Source of the DNA: Candidatus Omnitrophota bacterium
GTDB taxonomy: Bacteria > Omnitrophota > Gorgyraeia > Zapsychrales > JANLHA01
DNA: 32,000 nucleotides
NCBI GenBank assembly: GCA_963662715.1
Contig: OY759724.1
Span: 3,030,001 to 3,062,000 of the forward strand
Reading direction: 5' to 3'
Shown here: in pieces, positions 24,068-30,534 of the stretch
Position numbering within the stretch: position 1 is the first letter of the stretch
Layout of the letters: each line of letters begins with the position of its first letter
Program-made: the position numbers and the translations under genes
The notes under the pieces: generated by a model
Databases searched by the model: none
What the model was told of the DNA's origin: nothing
Seen by the model: the letters and a program-made list of their open reading frames with translations, nothing else

Positions 24068-24337
24068 ATGGCAGAGGTTTATGTGGAAGAATTTATGTCA
24101 CCCGGATGTGTCGGTTGTCCGGTGGTAAAGGAAATGCTTAAAGTTTTATCAGAAGAAGTAACGGGCGAGGTAACGATAGAAGAAGTCGACATCACAGTTG
24201 ATACGGCACGGGCATCTCAATACGGCGTCATGTCTGTTCCGGCTATAGCTATTAACGGTGAGCTTAAATTTATGGGCGTGCCTAAAAAAGAAGAATTAAA
24301 GCAGGCGCTCGTTGAAGGGCTTAAGGCAGATGAATAG
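24068..24337 (+). CDS. Small thioredoxin/glutaredoxin-like redoxin (MJ0307/Thioredoxin_3-like)
   Basis: It has the active site GCVGCP, the cis-Pro region SVPAIAINGE, and a length of 89 aa. Confidence 0.8.
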   Translation: MAEVYVEEFMSPGCVGCPVVKEMLKVLSEEVTGEVTIEEVDITVDTARASQYGVMSVPAIAINGELKFMGVPKKEELKQALVEGLKADE

Positions 24338-24872
24338 TGAAGAAAAAAATAGTGATTTGGGAATAACGGTTTCCATATCGGAATGTGAGCCAAATTTTAA
24401 ATTTGAGGTTTTATCTCATCCTGATGCCAGCGGATTAAATGCCTGCTTCAATTGCGGGACATGTACGGCAGGATGTCCTATTCATGAAGTTTTTCCTGAA
24501 TATAACCCCAGGAAACTGGCAAAGATGGTAAAGCTTGGTATGAAAAAACAGGTTTTAAGCAGCCCCTATATTTGGTATTGCGCTACCTGTCATAATTGCG
24601 AACAACGCTGCCCCCAAAATGTTAAATTTTTCAATATTTTGAATGTCTTGAAAAATTTGGCAGCCAGACAAGGTTATGCGCCGTCCTGCTGGATTCAACA
24701 GACCGAACAAATAGCAAAAACAGGCATAGTCTTTCCGACAGAAGATAGTTGGATCAAAAGAAGACAGGAAATGTCTCTCCCTTTTTTAAATCTAGATGGG
24801 GAAAAGGCAAAGAGAATAATTGAATCAAGCGGGATGAATGAAATTAAATCGAAGGTTAATTTGAATGAGTAA
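24330..24872 (+). CDS. hdrC: Heterodisulfide reductase subunit C-like 2x[4Fe-4S] protein
   Basis: It has CFNCGTCTAGCP and CATCHNCEQRCP. ATG 24330 overlaps the upstream stop, whereas the track start 24312 is a TTG inside the upstream gene. Confidence 0.85.
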   Translation: MNSEEKNSDLGITVSISECEPNFKFEVLSHPDASGLNACFNCGTCTAGCPIHEVFPEYNPRKLAKMVKLGMKKQVLSSPYIWYCATCHNCEQRCPQNVKFFNILNVLKNLAARQGYAPSCWIQQTEQIAKTGIVFPTEDSWIKRRQEMSLPFLNLDGEKAKRIIESSGMNEIKSKVNLNE

Positions 24873-25740
24873 ATATGCTTTATTTTTAGGTTGCACGACC
24901 CCAACTCAGGTACCGCAGTATGAGTTGTCCGCAAGATGGGTTTGTAAATATTTTGGCATTGAATTAATCGATATTAAAGATTTTGTTTGCTGTGGTATTA
25001 ATCAGGTTAATCTGGATATTGAGACAGGTTTTTCCTTGGCAGCTATGAATTTGGCTTTAGCGGAATCCGAAAAATTAGATGTTTTAACGCTTTGCGCCGC
25101 CTGCACCGGCGCCCTGGCTGAAACAATCGAAAAACTGAAGGACGAAGCAAGCAGAGATAAAGTAAACAAAAAATTAAAGACGGTCGGATTAAAATATACA
25201 GGCCAATCTAAAGTAAAACATATATCGAGAGTTCTTTACGAAGATATCGGGTTAGAAACAATAAAAAAGGGAATAAAGAAAGATTTATCCGCACTGCATG
25301 TGGCACCTCATTACGGCTGCCATTATTTAAAACCAAAATCTGCTTTTGGTGATTTTGAAAAACCCGATAATCCCAAAAGGCTTCACCATCTCATTTCGGC
25401 TGCCGGGGCCCATCCTATTGAATATGAGACGCTTGGTTTATGCTGCGGGGGCAAAACTTTTCCTGTTACTAAAAATCTGGCTCATTCATTGGTACAAAAA
25501 AAGTTTGATAATTTGATGGATAAAGAAGCGGATGCGATGGTTCTTCAATGTCAGACTTGTTATCTTATGTATAGCGGCCAACAAAAAGAGATAAATGAAA
25601 ATTATGGCAAACGATATGATTTTCCGGTAATTCTGTATCCCCAGCTTCTCGGATTGGCTCTGGGCGCGGAGCCCAAGAAAGATTTAGGCCTTGATTTAAA
25701 CGAAATTTCAGTAAATCGAATTTTGGATAAGATATTATAA
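24865..25740 (+). CDS. hdrB: Heterodisulfide reductase subunit B-like protein (two CCG domains)
   Basis: The CCG-domain Cys patterns are FLGCT...VCCGIN...CAACTG and HYGCH...LCCGG...CQTC. It overlaps hdrC by 8 nt. Confidence 0.85.
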   Translation: MSKYALFLGCTTPTQVPQYELSARWVCKYFGIELIDIKDFVCCGINQVNLDIETGFSLAAMNLALAESEKLDVLTLCAACTGALAETIEKLKDEASRDKVNKKLKTVGLKYTGQSKVKHISRVLYEDIGLETIKKGIKKDLSALHVAPHYGCHYLKPKSAFGDFEKPDNPKRLHHLISAAGAHPIEYETLGLCCGGKTFPVTKNLAHSLVQKKFDNLMDKEADAMVLQCQTCYLMYSGQQKEINENYGKRYDFPVILYPQLLGLALGAEPKKDLGLDLNEISVNRILDKIL

Positions 25741-25769
25741 ATAAGCGGTAATTGTGACGGAGATAGTGC

Positions 25770-26456
25770 ATGAGCATAAAAGAAAATTATTTGAAAATTA
25801 GAAAAAAAATTCCGGATTATGTCCAGATAGTTTTAGCTGCCAAGATGAAGACTTCTGAAGAAATCAAAGAGGCTATTGATGCCGAAGCAACAATAATAGG
25901 TGAAAATTACGTACAGGAAGCTGAAAAAATATATGAGGCGTTAGGAGAAAAGGCTAAAAAAATTAAATGGCATATGATCGGTCCTTTGCAGAAAAATAAG
26001 ATTAACAAGGCAGTAAAAATTTTTGATTGTATTCAGACGGTTGATTCTATTGAACTCGCTGATGCTATACATAAAAGAGCTGAGGTAATAAAAAAAGAAA
26101 TGTCTGTTTTTATAGAGGTAAATATCGGCAACGAAATGACAAAGGCAGGCGTTAAACCGGAATACGGAGTGGTTGAAAAATTAGCGCTACATATCGCAGG
26201 ATTATTTTATTTAAAATTGGAAGGACTTATGACAATCGGCCCTAGAGTCGGCAACCCGGAAGACATCCGTCCATATTTCAAAGCAGTAAAAGAAATTTTT
26301 GATAAATTGCAGAGCGCGGGTATACCCAATACAGATTTAAAATATTTGTCCATGGGGATGTCCAATTCATACAAAATAGCCATTGAGGAGGGAGCGAATA
26401 TTATAAGGTTAGGAACTATTATTTTCGGAGCGCGCAAATGTGATTTAAGAAACTAA
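25770..26456 (+). CDS. yggS: YggS-family PLP-binding (PLP homeostasis) protein
   Basis: GENYVQEA, WHMIGPLQKNK and LSMGMSNSYKIAIEEGANIIRLGTIIFGAR are colinear with E. coli YggS. Confidence 0.9.
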   Translation: MSIKENYLKIRKKIPDYVQIVLAAKMKTSEEIKEAIDAEATIIGENYVQEAEKIYEALGEKAKKIKWHMIGPLQKNKINKAVKIFDCIQTVDSIELADAIHKRAEVIKKEMSVFIEVNIGNEMTKAGVKPEYGVVEKLALHIAGLFYLKLEGLMTIGPRVGNPEDIRPYFKAVKEIFDKLQSAGIPNTDLKYLSMGMSNSYKIAIEEGANIIRLGTIIFGARKCDLRN

Positions 26457-26494
26457 GGGCATGAGATAAACACGGGTAGTGATGGGGCAAAATT

Positions 26495-27124
26495 ATGAAA
26501 ATAAAACCATTTGAAGAACATGTGGATCAATATGAAGATTGGTTTGAGAAAAATTATTGGGTCTATCAGTCAGAACTTCAGGCAGTAAAAGAATTGTTGC
26601 CTAAGCAAGGAAACGGCATTGAAATTGGTGTAGGAAGCGGTCGTTTTGCAGATCCCTTGGGAATACGTTTAGGTGTTGAGCCTTCGCCTAAAATGAGAGC
26701 ACTGGCAAAAGCTCGAGGGATAGAAGTTATTGATGGAGTAGCCGAAGATATCCTTTTTAAAAATCCTCGATTTGATTTCGTGCTGATGGTCACAACGATC
26801 TGTTTTCTGGATGATATAGAAAAAGCATTTAAAAAAATCCATAGGATTCTAAACCCAAGCGGGCATTTGGTCATAGGATTTATCGATAAAAACAGCCCTG
26901 TTGGAAAGATTTACCAGAAACACAAAAACGAAAGCGAGTTCTATAAAGTTGCAACTTTCTATTCTGTAGATAAAGTTGTGTCTTATTTAAAAAATGCCGG
27001 ATTTAGCAACTTTGTATTTAAGCAGACTATTTTCAAAAATTTAAAAGAAATTAAAGACATTGAACCTATTCAGGATGGTTTTGGTGCGGGTTCTTTTGTC
27101 GTCATTAGAGCTTTAAAGGAATGA
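26495..27124 (+). CDS. Class I SAM-dependent methyltransferase
   Basis: Motif I is GIEIGVGSGRFA, followed by the post-I acidic residue and LNPSGHLVIGF (a Methyltransf_11-like layout). Confidence 0.8.
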   Translation: MKIKPFEEHVDQYEDWFEKNYWVYQSELQAVKELLPKQGNGIEIGVGSGRFADPLGIRLGVEPSPKMRALAKARGIEVIDGVAEDILFKNPRFDFVLMVTTICFLDDIEKAFKKIHRILNPSGHLVIGFIDKNSPVGKIYQKHKNESEFYKVATFYSVDKVVSYLKNAGFSNFVFKQTIFKNLKEIKDIEPIQDGFGAGSFVVIRALKE

Positions 27125-27128
27125 AGGT

Positions 27129-27488
27129 ATGAAAGTCGCAGTCATTGGAGCATCAAATAAACCGCATCGGTATTCTTATCAGGCTGTGGTTCTTTTAAAA
27201 GAAACAGGACACAAAGTTTATCCCATTCATCGAAAAATAAAAGAGATTGACGGGATTCCAGTTGTTCCAACCATTGAAGAGGTTAATGACTTAATTGATA
27301 CGGTTACATTGTATATAAATGCTGTTTTTTCTAATGCTATCGGCAAAGATATTATTGCTAAAAAGCCCAAAAGAATAATTTTTAATCCCGGAGCTGAGAA
27401 TCTGGAATTAGCAAATGAGGCGAGAGAGCAGGGTATAGATACAATTAATGCCTGCACATTAGTTATGCTAAAAACAGGTCAGTTTTAA
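27129..27488 (+). CDS. CoA-binding domain protein (YccU/CoA_binding_2-like)
   Basis: KVAVIGASNKPHRYSYQAVVLLKETGHKVYPIHRK...IDGIPV...FNPGAEN...GIDTINACTLVML matches the family layout. Confidence 0.8.
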   Translation: MKVAVIGASNKPHRYSYQAVVLLKETGHKVYPIHRKIKEIDGIPVVPTIEEVNDLIDTVTLYINAVFSNAIGKDIIAKKPKRIIFNPGAENLELANEAREQGIDTINACTLVMLKTGQF

Positions 27489-27500
27489 GGAGGGAGTAAA

Positions 27501-27665
27501 ATGTCCATAATGAAAATTATTATAGGAATTTTAATCGGAGCATTGCTGGGGAGTGTGATGGGATATTTCGGTAAATGCTCAAGCGGTGTTTGCCCTTTGA
27601 CAAGTACACCGCTAAGAGGGGCTCTTTGGGGAGCTTTCTTGGGATTAATGTTTGGATTAACTTAA
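27501..27665 (+). CDS. Small two-helix membrane protein with GKCSSGVCPLT motif, 54 aa (DUF6132-like; not in ORF track)
   Basis: My translation is MSIMKIIIGILIGALLGSVMGYFGKCSSGVCPLTSTPLRGALWGAFLGLMFGLT. AAGGAGGGAG lies upstream and the stop is TAA at 27663-27665. The antisense track ORF 27520..27762 is its shadow. Confidence 0.7.
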   Translation: MSIMKIIIGILIGALLGSVMGYFGKCSSGVCPLTSTPLRGALWGAFLGLMFGLT

Positions 27666-27685
27666 TGTAAAACGAGGAGGAGAGG

Positions 27686-28024
27686 ATGCTGGAAACAAAT
27701 TTGAAACATTTAGAAACAAAAGATGAGGTAGAAGAATTATTAAAAAATAATGAAAAAGTCATGATTTGCTGTGGCCGAATGGGGCCGATGTGTATTCCTG
27801 TTTATGGGATTATGGAAAAATTAGAATCGCAATATTCACAGATTCAGTTCAGGGATATGGATTTTGATATCCCTGTTGCCTCTTTTATTAAAGATTTGCC
27901 CGAATGTGCTTCGTTTACGGGATTGCCTTTTACGGTCTATTTTAAGAACGGATCGATCGTTAAGGCGACAACCAGCATTCAGAATGAAAAGCAAATAGTT
28001 GATATTTTAGAAAAAATTTTTTAG
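27686..28024 (+). CDS. Thioredoxin-fold protein with atypical CGRMGPMC site
   Basis: The length and secondary-structure-like pattern fit Trx (VMICCGRMGPMCIPV...LPFTVYFKNG). The Cys pair is spaced C-x6-C rather than CxxC. Confidence 0.65.
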   Translation: MLETNLKHLETKDEVEELLKNNEKVMICCGRMGPMCIPVYGIMEKLESQYSQIQFRDMDFDIPVASFIKDLPECASFTGLPFTVYFKNGSIVKATTSIQNEKQIVDILEKIF

Positions 28025-28026
28025 AA

Positions 28027-28524
28027 ATGAGCATGAATGAATCCTTTCATAAATGTTCAAAGTGTGGGAATAATTTGCCGGAAATAAATATTTTCGTTAT
28101 TGACGACGAATATATTTGTATTCATTGTTTATATGGTAAGGCCGAACCTTTCCCGATTTATCCTATAGGTATCGTGCAAAATGATCTAAGGCGTAACAGA
28201 AAAAATTTTGGTACGGTTGGCAAAGGCGGCCTATCATGTATTAAGCTGTTCCCATCACAAAAGCCATTTCTGTATAAAATTGAAGAAGAAAGGTTTTTGA
28301 CGATTGTTTATTATCTTCATCAAGCAAAGCAGATTAAATCAGTCTTTAAAAGAGGATTGGACGGGAAGGAAGTCGGTGTTTTCTCTTCCCGTACGCCGGA
28401 TAGGCTTTCACGCATTGCTATTCAAAATGTTAATCTGGTGAAAGTTGAAGGGACTAATCTTTACGTTGAGGGATTAGATGCTATCAATGGCAGTCCGGTT
28501 TTAGACATAAAACTTAAAATATAG
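28027..28524 (+). CDS. TrmO/TsaA-family (UPF0066) SAM-dependent tRNA methyltransferase-like protein with N-terminal zinc ribbon
   Basis: It has IYPIGIVQND..., SSRTPDRLSRIAIQNVNLVKVEGTNLYVEGLDAINGSPVLDIK (the TsaA signature) and an N-terminal CSKCG...CIHC. Confidence 0.8.
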   Translation: MSMNESFHKCSKCGNNLPEINIFVIDDEYICIHCLYGKAEPFPIYPIGIVQNDLRRNRKNFGTVGKGGLSCIKLFPSQKPFLYKIEEERFLTIVYYLHQAKQIKSVFKRGLDGKEVGVFSSRTPDRLSRIAIQNVNLVKVEGTNLYVEGLDAINGSPVLDIKLKI

Positions 28525-28543
28525 TGATCAAAAAGGGTGAATT

Positions 28544-29116
28544 ATGAAAATATCTATAATTTTTCACAGTGTATGCGCAAATAATTATTTGATGGCTAAG
28601 GCTTTTTATGAAAATTTAAAAATCAAAAAACAAGATGTTTCATTGTTTAGAGTTGCTGATCCCGATTGGGCAGAACAAGAAAGTGTTCCTCTCGTGGCAA
28701 AAAAAAATTTGAGAAATATGATGGCTCTTCCCATGGCTACTCCAGAAGCCATGTTTGAAAGCGATCTTATTATAATGGGTTCGCCGACGTATTTTGGAAA
28801 TGTATCGGCCGAAATGAAAATTTACATGGACTCCATTGCTAAATATTGGATAAAAGCAGAATTAGCAGGGAAAAGGCTTGCTGCTTTTACCTCAACAGGC
28901 AATCCCCAAGGCGGCGGAGACTTGTGTCTTCAGGTTATTCACACATTTGGAATGTATATGGGAATGCTTTGCGTACCTGTTCCAACGACTTTAATTTCAG
29001 GTGCAGATATCCATCCCTTTGGCATCATGCATTATTCCTATTCGAAGTACGGCGAAAAATTAGATAAAAAAACACAAACAGTAATAGAAAATTTTTCTGA
29101 GTATTTAATACAATAA
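28544..29116 (+). CDS. Flavodoxin-like fold protein, WrbA/NAD(P)H:quinone oxidoreductase type
   Basis: KISIIFHS... and GSPTYFGNVSAEMKIYMD align with the WrbA sequence GTPTRFGNMSGQMRTFLD. AAFTSTGNPQGGGD is also present. Confidence 0.8.
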   Translation: MKISIIFHSVCANNYLMAKAFYENLKIKKQDVSLFRVADPDWAEQESVPLVAKKNLRNMMALPMATPEAMFESDLIIMGSPTYFGNVSAEMKIYMDSIAKYWIKAELAGKRLAAFTSTGNPQGGGDLCLQVIHTFGMYMGMLCVPVPTTLISGADIHPFGIMHYSYSKYGEKLDKKTQTVIENFSEYLIQ

Positions 29117-29251
29117 ATCAAAGGTTGATGATATTATTATTTTAAAATTTTTTGATTATAAAAAATGGGGGGTTGAGGGTAATCTCACCATTTCGCTTAA
29201 GAAAAATAATAAATAAAAAAATTAGCCTGCGGCGCTTATAGCAAGATAAAA

Positions 29252-29336
29252 GGTGTTTAACATGGCGCCGTTTTATGTGTGATTTTGGGGTGATTTGTTA
29301 AACATCTAGGAGGTGGTGTTTAACACGTGTTAAACA
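29252..29336. repeat. Four GGTGTTTAACA / TGTTAAACA half-sites including a perfect 20-bp palindrome (operator-like)
   Basis: GGTGTTTAACA occurs at 29252-62 and 29315-25. TGTTAAACAT occurs at 29296-305 and again within 29327-337. TGTTTAACACGTGTTAAACA (29317-29336) is a perfect palindrome. Confidence 0.7.
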
Positions 29337-29525
29337 TTAAGAGAAGCAAGAAATTTTAAAAAACTCGTCGTTGTGCTCTTGACATCTGATGGGCTATATG
29401 GCACACTTGCACTCTATCCGCATTAATAATTACTCTTCGTTGAATCTCAATCCAAAGATGTGGTTTTACTAGAAAATAATCAAGCATCTAGGTTGTAACA
29501 TATATAAAATTTAAAGGATTTAAAA

Positions 29526-29565
29526 GGCCATCCCAGATATCTGGCTTATAGGGGTGGTCTTTTTT
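29526..29565 (+). terminator. Candidate intrinsic terminator in the junction region
   Basis: The stem GGCCATCCC (29526-34) / GGGGTGGTC (29551-59) has two G-U pairs and a 16-nt loop containing the palindrome CCAGATATCTGG. A TTTTTT run follows at 29560-65. The preceding A-run would allow bidirectional function. Confidence 0.45.
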
Positions 29566-29610
29566 CTTGGCCACTTGCTTTAAATTACGCAAAATGCCAG
29601 CCAAGAAAAA
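29561..29610. repeat. 11-bp inverted repeat TTTTTCTTGGC / GCCAAGAAAAA with 28-nt spacer
   Basis: The arms read directly at 29561-71 and 29600-10 and are followed by TTTTTTT. It could be a second hairpin/terminator or a recombination or regulatory site. Confidence 0.5.
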
Positions 29611-29709
29611 TTTTTTTAAAAAAGTATGGCATATTTTTGCAAACAAATGACATATATATGTAGGAGCAAGTTGTACGATAGATCTTTATTTACTTGAAAA
29701 GAGGTTGTT

Positions 29710-29907
29710 ATGCATAGCAACGAAATGAACGCATTATTTGAAATATACAATGAAGCAAAGAACCGGATTTTGTTATATGTTGAAGCTTCTGTGCATCCCG
29801 AGCAATTTAAAGCGCTACGCAAGCTTATTCTTGATGAACTTGGCAGAAGCGGGGCTGAAGGTAAGGTGCGGAATTTATTGAGTGAAAAGGACAGGGCAGG
29901 CAAGTAA
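29710..29907 (+). CDS. Hypothetical small helical protein (mobile-element cargo)
   Basis: An ORF with AGAGG 6 nt upstream of the ATG. I recognise no motifs. Confidence 0.5.
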   Translation: MHSNEMNALFEIYNEAKNRILLYVEASVHPEQFKALRKLILDELGRSGAEGKVRNLLSEKDRAGK

Positions 29908-29938
29908 TGAATAAAGCGAAGGGGGTGGTGTAAAATGA

Positions 29939-30316
29939 ATGAAAAAGAATGAATTTTATAAAATTCAGGCGGAAGCGTTCTGGGATTATGAAAAGAGGTT
30001 TTCGTATAGGAATTTCAATAAACATAACATCAAAGACCCGGTGAAATTCCTACACGGTAACAAGTCCGAGCTAGAGCGAGGTAACTTTAAAGATTACGAC
30101 AGAATAAAACTGTTCAATCAATGGGCAACATCAAAAGACATTACAGGCGCAGACCGTCAGGAAATATGGAAAATAGTGAGAACTACAAAAAAGCAGGATT
30201 ATGTTATCACGGAAGGAAGTGAAGAGTTTATCAGGCTTTCAGAAGTTATCAGCATTTTGCATAATGAGAACATGAAGCAGTTAGGTGATATGCTATCCAA
30301 GAAAAAATGTGGTTGA
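29939..30316 (+). CDS. Hypothetical protein (mobile-element cargo)
   Basis: An ORF with GGGGGTGGTG 8 nt upstream of the ATG. I recognise no motifs. Confidence 0.5.
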   Translation: MKKNEFYKIQAEAFWDYEKRFSYRNFNKHNIKDPVKFLHGNKSELERGNFKDYDRIKLFNQWATSKDITGADRQEIWKIVRTTKKQDYVITEGSEEFIRLSEVISILHNENMKQLGDMLSKKKCG

Positions 30317-30348
30317 CAATAACTGTAAAGCAACGTAAAGTATTTCTT

Positions 30349-30534
30349 ATGAAAATATACACGGTTACAAAAACTGCGGAAAAACTAGGAATATCACGCC
30401 AGTCGCTCCATCAATGGATTAAAAAAGGATGGGTAAAACCTAAATACGATTACAGGAATTATCCTGTATTTACTGCTGACGATATTAAAAAAATTCAGCA
30501 ATGGATGGGAACACTAAAAGAATCATGCGAGTAG
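30349..30534 (+). CDS. MerR/excisionase-type helix-turn-helix DNA-binding protein
   Basis: MKIYTVTKTAEKLGISRQSLHQWIKKGWVKP...FTADDIKKI is the typical Xis/MerR-superfamily HTH. The start is uncertain (the track gives 30307). The 3' end overlaps the recombinase start. Confidence 0.7.
   Translation: MKIYTVTKTAEKLGISRQSLHQWIKKGWVKPKYDYRNYPVFTADDIKKIQQWMGTLKESCE

Noticed and set aside
21980-25740. Archaeal (methanogen) origin because of HdrABC-like genes
   Set aside because: The same contig carries bacterial-type def, map, AcpP, YggS and bacterial-style RBSs. Hdr-like complexes are widespread in anaerobic bacteria.
29379-29384. Perfect TTGACA -35 box in the junction region
   Set aside because: No acceptable -10 hexamer lies 16-18 nt downstream. 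The nearest TATATG is only 10 nt away.
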